The translations under genes and the position numbers were made by a program. Below the pieces are notes generated by a model, which saw nothing but the letters and a program-made list of their open reading frames with translations, had not been told where the DNA came from and ran no database searches. A DNA stretch of 64,000 nt from Candidatus Hydrogenedentota bacterium (GTDB taxonomy: Bacteria; Hydrogenedentota; Hydrogenedentia; Hydrogenedentales; Hydrogenedentaceae), in assembly GCA_026415215.1 (NCBI GenBank), contig JAOAHN010000072.1, forward strand, positions 2,899-66,898, written 5' to 3'. Every line of letters begins with the position of its first letter. Position 1 is the first letter of the stretch. Of this stretch, positions 36,492-46,745 are shown one piece after another.

Positions 36492-37493
36492 ATGAGAGTA
36501 ATGGCGCTATATCAACAATCCGATATACACTCCAAACCACTGAGGAGTGAAGAATGGGAATTACCAGAGCCATTAGATAATGAAATACTTGTTAGAGTGC
36601 AAGCCTGTGGAATTTGTAGAACTGATTTACACATAATAGAAGGGGACCTTCCCCTCGTGAAGACTCCTATAATACCAGGTCATCAAGTAATAGGAGTGGC
36701 AGTAAAAGTGGGGAAGAACTGCACCAAAATAAAGCCCGGCAACAAGGTAGGCATAGCCTGGCTAAGAAAAACCTGTGGAAACTGCAATTTCTGCAATAAC
36801 GGACTTGAAAATCTTTGTGAAGGGAGTATATACACTGGATACCACGAACACGGAGGTTATGCGGAATTTACATTAGTTAAGGAAGCCTATTCTTACTTGC
36901 TTCCAGATAATATAGATGATATTAAATCAGCCCCTCTCTTATGTGCTGGTATTATAGGCTATCGAGCTTGGAAAAAAACAAAACTCAATTCCGGAAAAGT
37001 ACTTGCTATATACGGCTTTGGTGCATCTGCGCATATCATCACTCAGATTGCTAAGTCCAAAGGTGTTGTCGTATTAGTTGTAAGCCGAGCTAAAAATCAT
37101 CAGCAACTTGCTAAGGAACTCGGGGCAGACTGGGTAGGGGAGAGTCCTAAAGATTTTCCACTTCTTCCACATTCTTCAATAATCTTTGCTCCAAATGGAG
37201 AAATAGTCCCTCTTGCTCTTCAATACCTTCAGAAAGGAGGAAGATTAGTTTTGGCAGGCATTTACATGTCCGATATTCCCCCACTAATCTATGAAAAACA
37301 CCTCTTTTATGAAAAAGAAATAATTTCTGTTACCTCTAATACGCGTGAAGATGGCATTGAACTTCTTAAAGAAGCGTTTGAAATTCCCGTGGAGGTCCAT
37401 GTAGAGTGTGCACCTTTATCAGAAGCAAATGAGTTATTACTAAAATTAAAAGAAGGTAAAATAAACGGTAGTGGTGTGCTTGTAATGAGTTAG
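36492..37493 (+). CDS. Zinc-dependent alcohol dehydrogenase family protein
   Basis: CGICRTD, PGHQ, CGNCNFC...C, PLLCAG, GFGASA. Confidence 0.93.
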   Translation: MRVMALYQQSDIHSKPLRSEEWELPEPLDNEILVRVQACGICRTDLHIIEGDLPLVKTPIIPGHQVIGVAVKVGKNCTKIKPGNKVGIAWLRKTCGNCNFCNNGLENLCEGSIYTGYHEHGGYAEFTLVKEAYSYLLPDNIDDIKSAPLLCAGIIGYRAWKKTKLNSGKVLAIYGFGASAHIITQIAKSKGVVVLVVSRAKNHQQLAKELGADWVGESPKDFPLLPHSSIIFAPNGEIVPLALQYLQKGGRLVLAGIYMSDIPPLIYEKHLFYEKEIISVTSNTREDGIELLKEAFEIPVEVHVECAPLSEANELLLKLKEGKINGSGVLVMS

Positions 37494-37543
37494 CTTAGTT
37501 AATAAAATATGAAATAATTATTACAACTATAAGGGAACCATTT

Positions 37544-39013
37544 ATGAACAAAAAAACTTACCGATTTCTTGCTTTTGACTTAGGAGCTGAAAGTGGTAGA
37601 GCGGTTCTCGGCGTGTTAAGTAACCACAAGATAGAACTGAAAGTAATCCACCGATTTAGAACTGAAGGACTAATTATGCTTGGTACACGCCAATGGGATC
37701 TTGCACGGATTTACGAAGAAATCTGCAACGGTTTAAGAAAATGTGCTCAAGAATACACATCGGATCTTGATGGGATAGGTGTAGATACATGGGGTGTAGA
37801 TTTCGGACTACTCGCTGAAGATGGAACGGTAATTTCAAACCCTGTTCATTATAGAGATAAACGGACCCAAGGAATAATGGAATACGCATTTTCTATATTT
37901 CCCAAAGAGGAAATATATAAAATAACGGGCATTCAATTTCTACCTTTTAATACTCTTTACCAACTCATCAGTTTAATAAGGAACAATTCTCCTCTTTTAA
38001 AGATAGCGGATTCTTTACTATTGATGGGAGACTTGTTTGGTTACTTACTTAGTGGAGTTCGTTCGTGTGAGTATACGAATGCATCCACCACTCAAATGCT
38101 CGATGCTTATAACAAAAATTGGAGCAAAACGCTTGTAGAAAAATTCAACATCCCATCTAATATATTGCAAAAAATTTCTCCCCCCGGTAATATATTGGGA
38201 GGTATCCTTCCAGAAGTAGCACATATAACAGGCATCTCCCCGGAAACCCCAATTATTTCTCCTGCTACTCACGATACCGCATGTGCAGTTTGTGCTGTTC
38301 CAGTAAAGGATACATCAGAACCATGGGCATATCTCTCAAGTGGCACCTGGTCTCTGTTAGGAACAGAGTTGAGAGAACCGAAAATTACACCAGACACTAT
38401 GGAGTATGGGTTTACTAATGAGGGAGGAGTCGGTAATAAAATTAGATTTTTGAAAAATATTTTCGGATTATGGTTAGTTCAAGAATGCAGAAGAATCTGG
38501 GAAAGACAGGGAGAATCCTTTACATACGAAGACCTTACAAAAGAAGCTGAATCTGCAAAACCTTTTAAAGCAATTATTCCTGTCAATGATCCTCGTCTTT
38601 TGGCTCCTGAAAATATGCCCCATACAATTCAAAGAATATGTGAAGAGTTAGGATACCCAGTCCCACAGACTAAGGGAGAGATTGTAAGATGTGCTTTAGA
38701 AAGCCTTGCTCTCAATTATCGTCAAACATTGAGGTCTCTCAACAAAATACTTGCAACTGAGATAAAAAAACTCCACATAGTGGGTGGGGGCACTCAAAAC
38801 AAGTTACTCTGTCAAATGACAGCGGATGCTTGTAATATACCAGTACACGCAGGACCTGTAGAAGCCACAGTTATGGGTAATATTGCTGTTCAGGCTATGG
38901 CAGTAGGGGCTATAAAATCCTTAGAGGAAGTAAGAGAAGTAGTGTCAAACTCCACCGAACTAACAACTTATCTACCGCAAAACACATCTCCTTGGGACAA
39001 ATGGGATTACTAA
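37544..39013 (+). CDS. rhaB: Rhamnulokinase (FGGY family)
   Basis: DLGAESGR, DTWGVDF, HYRD.RT, TGIQFLPFNTLYQL, HDTA, SSGTWSL, TNEGG, GPVEAT. Confidence 0.9.
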   Translation: MNKKTYRFLAFDLGAESGRAVLGVLSNHKIELKVIHRFRTEGLIMLGTRQWDLARIYEEICNGLRKCAQEYTSDLDGIGVDTWGVDFGLLAEDGTVISNPVHYRDKRTQGIMEYAFSIFPKEEIYKITGIQFLPFNTLYQLISLIRNNSPLLKIADSLLLMGDLFGYLLSGVRSCEYTNASTTQMLDAYNKNWSKTLVEKFNIPSNILQKISPPGNILGGILPEVAHITGISPETPIISPATHDTACAVCAVPVKDTSEPWAYLSSGTWSLLGTELREPKITPDTMEYGFTNEGGVGNKIRFLKNIFGLWLVQECRRIWERQGESFTYEDLTKEAESAKPFKAIIPVNDPRLLAPENMPHTIQRICEELGYPVPQTKGEIVRCALESLALNYRQTLRSLNKILATEIKKLHIVGGGTQNKLLCQMTADACNIPVHAGPVEATVMGNIAVQAMAVGAIKSLEEVREVVSNSTELTTYLPQNTSPWDKWDY

Positions 39014-39029
39014 TAACACTGTTCTGGTA

Positions 39030-40634
39030 ATGATTAGAAACCGTATATTATATTTACTCTTTTACTTTTCTCCACTATCGCTATTTATTATATCCTGCAG
39101 TGAGAACTCCTTTTCACCCTATAACAACCTCAGGATAGGAAATGGGGCAGAGGTTCAAGACTTAGACCCATCAATAGTATCTGGTGTTACTGAACACCGC
39201 GTTCTTTCTGCCCTATTTGAAGGGCTCGTTTCTCTCGACCCAAAAACCCTCAACCCCATACCCGGAGTTGCAGAAAGTTGGGAAATTTCGAACAATAACC
39301 TATTATATACATTCAAAATAAGAAAGAACGCATTTTGGTCCAATGGAGAACCTCTTACAGCTAATGACTTTGTAAGTTCCTGGAAGAGAATCCTAACACC
39401 ATCTCTATCCGCAGAATATGCTTATCTATTGTTTTGTTTGAAAAATGCAAAAGCATTCTATGAAAAAAAGATTCAAAACTTTGATGAAGTCGGAGTAAAG
39501 GCTATTGATGACTATACTTTACAAGTAGAATTGGAGTATCCCACTCTATATTTTCTAACAATGCAATCCCATAATATTTGGTTCCCAGTACATCTGCCTA
39601 CTTTAGAGAAGTTTGGTGACCCCTATACAAGGTCTAACAAATGGACACGCAGTGGTAACCATGTTAGTAATGGTGCATATAGGCTCGTAAAGTGGATTCC
39701 AAATAAAATTGTCCTTCTCGAAAAAAACCCATATTATTGGAACAAAGAATCTGTTCGTATCCACCTATTATCTTTTTACCCTATAGACAACCAGCTTACC
39801 GAGGAAAGATTGTTTAGAACTTCCTACCTTGACCTTACAAGTACAGTTCCACTTAAAAAAATAGACTTCTACAAAAATAACAGGCCGGGCAACCTACTTT
39901 TGTTTCCCTATGTAGGGGTTTATTATTACCGCATCAATGTTACAAAACCACCTCTGAACAACCCCTACATAAGAAAAGCATTATCCTTATCAATCGACAG
40001 AAAAAAAATCACTGAATTCATTCTAAGAGGAGGAGAACAACCGGCATACCACTATGTTCCTCCAGGATTAGGAGATTATAAGCCCCCTCAAATTCTTGAA
40101 TATAACCCAATATTAGCTAAACAATTACTATCACAAGCGGGTATCCCAGATGGAAAATCTCTCCCACCAATTGAAATACTTTTTAACACATCTGAGGCTC
40201 ACAAAACAATTGCTGAAGCTGTCCAAAGAATGTGGAAAGAAAATCTGGGAATAGATGTAAGACTTTTAAATCAAGACTGGAAAGTTTATCTTGTTTCTAT
40301 GAACCAACTTGACTACCAAGTTGCCCGATCCGCCTGGATCGCGGATTTTCTCGACCCCATAAACTTTCTGGAATGCTTTCTCAGTTATAGCGGTAATAAT
40401 CGCACTGGTTGGAATAATCCAGAATTCGACAAAAAGATAGAGTTAGCTTATCGTGAGGCAAATTCACAAGAAAGACTGAAGTTACTTGAGGAAGCAGAAA
40501 AGATACTACTCGAAGAACTACCCATTATTCCTATATACTTCTACACTCAAAAAATGCTTATATCGGAAAGAGTTGTTAATTTCCAGCCAAATGTCTTGGG
40601 ATATATTAGGTGGCAAGATTTAGGACTCCGTTAA
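39030..40634 (+). CDS. oppA: Peptide ABC transporter substrate-binding lipoprotein
   Basis: IISC lipobox, LDP, LFEGL, PGVAESW, WSNGEP.TA.DF, SNGAY, WIADF.DP. Confidence 0.93.
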   Translation: MIRNRILYLLFYFSPLSLFIISCSENSFSPYNNLRIGNGAEVQDLDPSIVSGVTEHRVLSALFEGLVSLDPKTLNPIPGVAESWEISNNNLLYTFKIRKNAFWSNGEPLTANDFVSSWKRILTPSLSAEYAYLLFCLKNAKAFYEKKIQNFDEVGVKAIDDYTLQVELEYPTLYFLTMQSHNIWFPVHLPTLEKFGDPYTRSNKWTRSGNHVSNGAYRLVKWIPNKIVLLEKNPYYWNKESVRIHLLSFYPIDNQLTEERLFRTSYLDLTSTVPLKKIDFYKNNRPGNLLLFPYVGVYYYRINVTKPPLNNPYIRKALSLSIDRKKITEFILRGGEQPAYHYVPPGLGDYKPPQILEYNPILAKQLLSQAGIPDGKSLPPIEILFNTSEAHKTIAEAVQRMWKENLGIDVRLLNQDWKVYLVSMNQLDYQVARSAWIADFLDPINFLECFLSYSGNNRTGWNNPEFDKKIELAYREANSQERLKLLEEAEKILLEELPIIPIYFYTQKMLISERVVNFQPNVLGYIRWQDLGLR

Positions 40635-40637
40635 CTA

Positions 40638-41555
40638 ATGAGGAAATACATTGTAAAGAAAGTTTTACTTTTTATCCCCGCTATATTCACAATCATTACA
40701 ATAACCTTCTTTTTTATTCGCCTCGCTCCCGGGGGACCCTTTGATAAAGATAAGAATGTTCCCCCTGAAGTTCTGCAAAACTTAGAACGATACTACCATC
40801 TTGATGAACCTCTGTGGAAACAATATATAAGGTATATTACCAATGTGCTGAAATTAGACTTGGGCCCTTCATTTCGGAAACCCTCATATTCTGTAAGAGA
40901 ATGGATTGTTTTGAGACTCCCTGTCTCAATAGAACTCGGTATTTACGCACTAACTTTTGCATTATCAATCGGAATATTATGCGGTTTCGTGTCCGCACTA
41001 AAACAAAATACCTGGGTAAGCTCATTAATCATTTCTCTCGGGATAATTGGAATCTGTATACCCAATTTTGTCTCTGGACCATTACTCGCACTATTCTTTG
41101 GTATTAAGTTAGACCTCTTGCCGATAGCGGGATGGGATTTACCCCAACAGAAAATTCTTCCTTCTCTTGCTTTAGGATTTATATATTCTGCATATATATT
41201 AAGAATCTTCCACTCCAGCTTAACAGAGGTTTTGAATAAGGAATACATCCGAACAGCTAAAGCAAAAGGATTGTCCCAATCCAGAATACTAATAGTCCAC
41301 GCATCGAAAGGAGCCCTTCAACCAGTTGTTTCATTTTTAGGTCCCGCAGGGGCAAACCTACTAACTGGCTCTTTTGTCATAGAAACTATTTTCCACATTC
41401 CTGGATTAGGAAGAGAATTTGTAGAGGCTACATTTAATAGAGACTACACGATGATTATGGGAATAGTGATTGTTTACGCAGTCTTAATTCTAATATTTAA
41501 TTTAACAGTAGACATCATTCAAGGATGGCTTGACCCTCGAATATCGTATGACTGA
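40638..41555 (+). CDS. oppB: Peptide ABC transporter permease
   Basis: APGGPF, LGPS, YIRTAKAKGL (EAA loop), RDY, LDPRI. Confidence 0.93.
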   Translation: MRKYIVKKVLLFIPAIFTIITITFFFIRLAPGGPFDKDKNVPPEVLQNLERYYHLDEPLWKQYIRYITNVLKLDLGPSFRKPSYSVREWIVLRLPVSIELGIYALTFALSIGILCGFVSALKQNTWVSSLIISLGIIGICIPNFVSGPLLALFFGIKLDLLPIAGWDLPQQKILPSLALGFIYSAYILRIFHSSLTEVLNKEYIRTAKAKGLSQSRILIVHASKGALQPVVSFLGPAGANLLTGSFVIETIFHIPGLGREFVEATFNRDYTMIMGIVIVYAVLILIFNLTVDIIQGWLDPRISYD

Positions 41556-41558
41556 GTT

Positions 41559-42380
41559 ATGATAAAGAATATGCTGAAAATAAACAATAAAGGAAAACTA
41601 TCTGCATCACTTATATTTGCCGTTTTAATTTTCTCTTTCCTTTTACCACATATAATGGATCTTTCCATTGAGAGACAAGATATAGAGCTCGGGGCTGTAA
41701 GACCATCCTTTGAACATCTCTTCGGAACAGACATTCTCGGTCGAGATTTGTTAGCCAGAGTCTTATACGGAATAAAAGTTTCTTTCTGGATTGGTCTCTC
41801 AGCTACAGCTGTAGCATTGATAATAGGAGTAACCTATGGATGTATATCGGGTTATTTCGGTGGATGGGTAGATATATTAATGATGTATATTATAGATACA
41901 CTGTATACTATTCCCTTCTCCATGTTCGTAGTAATTTTGATGGCCCTCTTCGGAAGGAATTTCTATCTACTATTCCTTGCAATAGGTGCGGTGGAATGGT
42001 TAACAATGGCAAGAATCGTAAGAGGGAGAGTTCTATCTATCAAACAACAAGATTTTATAGCATCAGGAAAAGTATTAGGATTCTCAAACACCCGTATCCT
42101 TATAAAACACATATTGCCTAATACCTTGGGTATAGTAATCGTTTATGGAAGTCTTACAATCCCTCAAGTAATTTTATTAGAAGCTTTTTTGAGTTTTCTC
42201 GGTTTAGGAGTTCAACCACCTATGTGTTCTTTGGGTTCACTCATCAGAGAAGGTGTCGAAGTAATGGAAGAATACCCCTGGCTACTTATTATCCCTTCAG
42301 TTGTGTTTATATCCATTCTCTTCTTACTAAATATACTTGGAGACGCATTAAAGGAGCTACTTCCTGAGTCAAAAACATAA
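41559..42380 (+). CDS. oppC: Peptide ABC transporter permease
   Basis: FGTDILGRD, ARIVRG, HILPN, EAFLSFLGLG, GDAL. Confidence 0.93.
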   Translation: MIKNMLKINNKGKLSASLIFAVLIFSFLLPHIMDLSIERQDIELGAVRPSFEHLFGTDILGRDLLARVLYGIKVSFWIGLSATAVALIIGVTYGCISGYFGGWVDILMMYIIDTLYTIPFSMFVVILMALFGRNFYLLFLAIGAVEWLTMARIVRGRVLSIKQQDFIASGKVLGFSNTRILIKHILPNTLGIVIVYGSLTIPQVILLEAFLSFLGLGVQPPMCSLGSLIREGVEVMEEYPWLLIIPSVVFISILFLLNILGDALKELLPESKT

Positions 42381-42385
42381 TCCTT

Positions 42386-42394
42386 TGATATAAT
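42386..42394 (+). promoter_or_regulatory. Candidate extended -10 promoter for the 42457 gene
   Basis: TGaTATAAT about 60 nt upstream of the ATG. Confidence 0.4.
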
Positions 42395-42456
42395 TTTACA
42401 TGTGCTAATAGTTTATTATGTTCAAAGGGATTTTTAGATAATTAAGTCATTCGGAG

Positions 42457-43101
42457 ATGTTTATCAGGAATACTAATATAATAGACAATCCTTATACTTA
42501 CTATAGACTCGACCCTGGTGAACCCGGTGTGGCACCTCCTACTCCTGCATCCCAAAGTGCTTTTACAGTATTCGCTCAGGAATCGAGAAATAGAAATCGC
42601 CTACAATCAGAAGCTATATTAGAAGGTAAAGATATTATCTTTGTGAACACTGAGTACAAAGTAAGAAAAAATGGATCGTTTGTTACTATTGTGGGAGGCA
42701 CTACTACAGTAGTTAGTAGGGAGAAAGATAATACAGTGAGTAGGGATATTGACGACTCTCAGAGTCCCACTTCTAATTATTTACAAATAGAAAATGGAGA
42801 TGAACTCCGACTCAATATCCTCAAAGCGGAAGAGCAAAGACTAATGGTAGAAAAATCTACTCTAAAGAATAAACTTAATACATCAACAGTCGAGCAGAGA
42901 AAGAAAATAGAAAAAAGAATCGATGAAATAGATGAAAAACTTAAAATTATTAGGAATGACATAATTAAGGAAAAACAAAGGTTGCAAAGCTCATCTAAAT
43001 CTTTTTCTTCACCACCTACTTATGTAAATTTAAAAAATCCACAGGCTTATTTCAGAAAGACTTATGTCATTACACCCTTAATACTTGCCCTTTACGGGTA
43101 A
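42457..43101 (+). CDS. Hypothetical protein with YRLDPGEPG N-domain and C-terminal coiled coil
   Basis: 214-aa ORF filling the gap, GGAG before ATG; heptad-rich C-terminal half. Confidence 0.75.
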   Translation: MFIRNTNIIDNPYTYYRLDPGEPGVAPPTPASQSAFTVFAQESRNRNRLQSEAILEGKDIIFVNTEYKVRKNGSFVTIVGGTTTVVSREKDNTVSRDIDDSQSPTSNYLQIENGDELRLNILKAEEQRLMVEKSTLKNKLNTSTVEQRKKIEKRIDEIDEKLKIIRNDIIKEKQRLQSSSKSFSSPPTYVNLKNPQAYFRKTYVITPLILALYG

Positions 43102-43125
43102 CTATATTTTTGAACTTTCTAAAGT

Positions 43126-43821
43126 ATGAAAAAAATAGAAATTTCAAGGACAAGAGTAGAAATTGCTACAGAAGAAATCAAACTGATTCTTTCTCCTACT
43201 ACCGGATTTTTAGAATCAATCATTTCTGTTCCGTTCAATTTTGACTGGATAGGGAAGCCGTCTTTGCCTGTTCAGATAAAAATAGATAAAAGAGATGCTT
43301 TTCAAAATATTACGGATATTTATTTTGTTGAAATATACGAAGAAGATTCCGCAAATATCTTACAAACCATTGTTGGAAAAGATGGAAGATTAAATATTAA
43401 ATTTACCATTTTCTCAGATCTACCAGTAATTATCATTGACTCCGAACTGCTTGTTACAGAAAATCTTATGACTAACATTGCTTACTACCCACTTCAGTTC
43501 GAATTAAACAATAACATCCAAACCACTAAGTTAGAGTTAAAAACACTAATAAAAAAACATCATTATGCAAGTTTTGCTAATCAATTGGCTTTGTGCTTTT
43601 TCCACGATGTAGAATCCTCAATTGACATAGTTAATTCTAAAAGAGTAGTGATTATTCCAAAGTTTACATTTTCTCTCGAAAATGGAAGAAAAATTAAACT
43701 GCCATTTTCTTATATTTCATCCCCTCCTATAAAAGAATCATATTCAATCGACTGTCTGCACTCAAAAGTAGTAAATAAATACCAAAGTCATTTGAGAAGA
43801 TTGAAAGATAAGCAATATTAG
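43126..43821 (+). CDS. Hypothetical protein, beta-rich
   Basis: 231-aa ORF with operon-like spacing; no recognised motif. Confidence 0.65.
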   Translation: MKKIEISRTRVEIATEEIKLILSPTTGFLESIISVPFNFDWIGKPSLPVQIKIDKRDAFQNITDIYFVEIYEEDSANILQTIVGKDGRLNIKFTIFSDLPVIIIDSELLVTENLMTNIAYYPLQFELNNNIQTTKLELKTLIKKHHYASFANQLALCFFHDVESSIDIVNSKRVVIIPKFTFSLENGRKIKLPFSYISSPPIKESYSIDCLHSKVVNKYQSHLRRLKDKQY

Positions 43822-43828
43822 AATCAAT

Positions 43829-44983
43829 ATGGCAAGAGTAGAAATCACTTCCATTGCTAATGGAGGATATGGTATAGGTAGGTATAATGGCAAGGTTATA
43901 TTTATACCATTTTCCTACCCTGGCGATATAGTTGAAGTGAGTATCTCTTACGAAAAGAAAAACTACATTTGGGGAAATATCCAAGAAATAGTAACACCAT
44001 CAAAGTTCAGAATCTCTCCCTTATGTCCATACATGGGAATTTGTGGCGGGTGCATGTGGGGTTGTGTAGATTACACATCCCAAATAATGTGGAAGAAATC
44101 TTTGGTCGAAAGCACATTCCAGAATTTTCTTAATTACCTCCACGAAATTAATATATCTATAGATGAAACTTCGATTTATAATTATCGAACAAGGGTTAAA
44201 CTCCACAGTAACGGAAAAACATTAGGCTTTTACAAATTTCACTCCCATGATGTAGTAGAAGTATCAAAATGTATACTATTGCACGAAAAAATTATTAAAA
44301 TAACAAATGAAATCAAAAATATTCCCCGCCTTGCTGAAATAATTTTAACTGTCAATCCCTTTGGAGAGGAGAGTTTGATATACACAAATATAAAGATTCA
44401 AACCATTAAAAATAAATATAAAGAAATATATAACTATAAAAACGATTTTGCTTCCAGAAAATACTTTTTGGTAGATGGAGTTCCCATCGTAAACGGCTCT
44501 TTTTCTCAGAATTCTCTTATTTTAAACAAACTACTAATTAACAAAGTTAGAGAATATTTAAACTGCAAAAATGGAAAAGTTCTTGATCTTTATTGCGGTT
44601 CAGGTAACCTCACTATTAATCTACCTTCCTCAAGCTTTGAAATTACAGGGGTAGATATCGACCCGTTTGCCATTGAGCTTGCGCGTAAATATTCATCGTT
44701 CGATTACAAAGTAGGAAGTGAACTATTAATGAAAAAAATTATATTAGACTCTAACTGGGACGCTATAATTCTTGATCCCCCAAGAGAGGGCGCCAAGAAT
44801 CTAATAGAAGCTCTTAAACTTGCGTGCACCAAAAAAATAATTTATGTTTCCTGTAATTATATTACCCAGTGTAGAGACCTAAAACCTCTTTTAATGGGTG
44901 GGTGGAAGCTCGAAAAAGTTTCAATAGTAGACCTTTTCCCTCACACCCCCCATATTGAAACTGTAGTTCTTTTAACTCGCTAA
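43829..44983 (+). CDS. rlmD: 23S rRNA m5U methyltransferase (RlmD/TrmA family) with TRAM domain
   Basis: TRAM, CPYMGICGGC Fe-S motif, YR.R, FSQN, DLYCGSG, DPPR, YVSC, HIE. Confidence 0.88.
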   Translation: MARVEITSIANGGYGIGRYNGKVIFIPFSYPGDIVEVSISYEKKNYIWGNIQEIVTPSKFRISPLCPYMGICGGCMWGCVDYTSQIMWKKSLVESTFQNFLNYLHEINISIDETSIYNYRTRVKLHSNGKTLGFYKFHSHDVVEVSKCILLHEKIIKITNEIKNIPRLAEIILTVNPFGEESLIYTNIKIQTIKNKYKEIYNYKNDFASRKYFLVDGVPIVNGSFSQNSLILNKLLINKVREYLNCKNGKVLDLYCGSGNLTINLPSSSFEITGVDIDPFAIELARKYSSFDYKVGSELLMKKIILDSNWDAIILDPPREGAKNLIEALKLACTKKIIYVSCNYITQCRDLKPLLMGGWKLEKVSIVDLFPHTPHIETVVLLTR

Positions 44984-45056
44984 ACTACTAATTTTTTTCA
45001 CTGATAAAAATTTGCTCTCCGCTCGAATCTTAGAGAAGGTTATATTTTTTTAACTT

Positions 45057-45503
45057 TTACTCTTTTTGCGTTCCTATCAACCCGTCTATAACAAGTTTCT
45101 TACCGTCCCACATCCCCGTCTTTATCATCCCCATAACCATAATTTCTATAACACCATCATCGTAAACTCTATACTCCGCTACTATCCCCTCTGGTGAAAC
45201 TTTTTTCACTATACCTCCTTTTATAAGTACTCTGTCTACATCAAAAAACTCCATATCAAATTCTTCAAATTTCCATTTCGTTCCAATCAATGTTTTATGT
45301 AAATGATTTTCAATGTTTTTTATTTTATCCCTACTCGCTTCTAATTCAGGCTTACCTGTGTACGCACCAGCTGAAGGTATCAAAGATTCTGGAAAAACTT
45401 CCTCTGATTTTCTATTTTCTTTACAACCTACAATAATACCAATGCAACCGAATAAAATACAGAGAGATTTTACAACTTTCTGAATTACCTTCATTTGCTT
45501 CAT
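45057..45503 (-). CDS. Hypothetical lipoprotein
   Basis: IIVGC lipobox; AAGGGA SD; follows hemW by 6 nt. Confidence 0.7.
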   Translation of the reverse strand: MKQMKVIQKVVKSLCILFGCIGIIVGCKENRKSEEVFPESLIPSAGAYTGKPELEASRDKIKNIENHLHKTLIGTKWKFEEFDMEFFDVDRVLIKGGIVKKVSPEGIVAEYRVYDDGVIEIMVMGMIKTGMWDGKKLVIDGLIGTQKE

Positions 45504-45509
45504 CCCTTG

Positions 45510-46667
45510 CTAAAGAATTTCTAAACCTATTTCATTATTTAGGTAAAAGCCTCTCATCGTAGGGAAAATAGTGCCATTTCTGACACTTACCAACTTATTT
45601 TTACGGAGTTTATTCAACTTCTCTCCAAAATCTTCCCATATTGATGACCCAAATCTATCATAATAATACCTTTCAGAGATTCCACTCTTAAGCCTAAAGT
45701 GTTGGAGCAAGGTTTCTTTTTTGATTATATCAATGTTAAGACTATCAATTTCTGATTTTTTCCCAGGGGCACTAATGTATGCATCTAACTCTTTCGGATT
45801 ACCGCACCGATATGGGGGAACAAACGAATATGCTCCGGCACCAAGACCTATATAAGGTTCGTTTCTCCAATATATCAGGTTATGCCTACACTTTTTATTT
45901 CTCTTTGAGAAGTTAGAAATCTCATAATGGCTATAACCCTCAAAAGTAAGAACTTTGTGAGTCAGTTTGTAAAGTTTCAAATTAAGCTCCTCATCAACTT
46001 CATGAGCACCCTCCACTCTCCACAATGGAGTAGTTTCTTCAATCGTAAGACAATATGTGGAAATATGTGGTGGATTAAATCTCAATGCAGTTCTCAGGTT
46101 TTCATTCCAATCATCTATGGTTCCACCTCTTACTCCATATATCAAGTCCAGACTCCAATTATCGAAAATTTTTCCTACCCATTCACATATTAACTTCGCC
46201 TTAGAAGAGTTATGTCTTCGCCCTAAATACTCCAACTCCCTATCTGAAAATGACTGCACTCCTACACTAATCCTATTTACACCTAATTTTTTAATATCAC
46301 TAAGCCACTCAAAGTTAACATCCTCTGGGTTAATCTCTACCGTAACCTCAATTTCACCACAGAGACTAAAAGAATATTTGATGCTATCTAATATATGTTC
46401 TATCTGTGTTGGTTTAAGTAATGATGGGCTTCCTCCTCCAAAATATATACTTTTAACTGGTATCCCGTATTCATTTTCACCTAATTCTGATTTCACCGCT
46501 TCTATGTATTCCTTCGGAACACTGCCAGTAATTGGTATGCTAAAAAAGTCACAGTATCCGCATTTCTTTTTACAAAAGGGTATATGTACATACAGTCCTA
46601 TAGGAGTATTTTTCAATAATTTACTTGAGAGCAAATCAGAAGTTGAAATTATACCTTGCAATTCCAT
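45510..46667 (-). CDS. hemW: Radical SAM heme chaperone HemW
   Basis: YVHIPFCKKKCGYCDF, YFGGG, NRISVGVQSF, YEISN, HNLIYW (HNxxYW). Confidence 0.9.
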   Translation of the reverse strand: MELQGIISTSDLLSSKLLKNTPIGLYVHIPFCKKKCGYCDFFSIPITGSVPKEYIEAVKSELGENEYGIPVKSIYFGGGSPSLLKPTQIEHILDSIKYSFSLCGEIEVTVEINPEDVNFEWLSDIKKLGVNRISVGVQSFSDRELEYLGRRHNSSKAKLICEWVGKIFDNWSLDLIYGVRGGTIDDWNENLRTALRFNPPHISTYCLTIEETTPLWRVEGAHEVDEELNLKLYKLTHKVLTFEGYSHYEISNFSKRNKKCRHNLIYWRNEPYIGLGAGAYSFVPPYRCGNPKELDAYISAPGKKSEIDSLNIDIIKKETLLQHFRLKSGISERYYYDRFGSSIWEDFGEKLNKLRKNKLVSVRNGTIFPTMRGFYLNNEIGLEIL

Positions 46668-46745
46668 AAGCCTAAGCTTTTACAAGTTTGAGCACACTAA
46701 AGTATATTATATATATTATCTCTGCCATCTTAAGTTTCCTATCAA

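Noticed and set aside
33900-36500. Genomic island integrated at the tRNA
   Set aside because: No integrase and no duplicated tRNA 3' end seen in the window.
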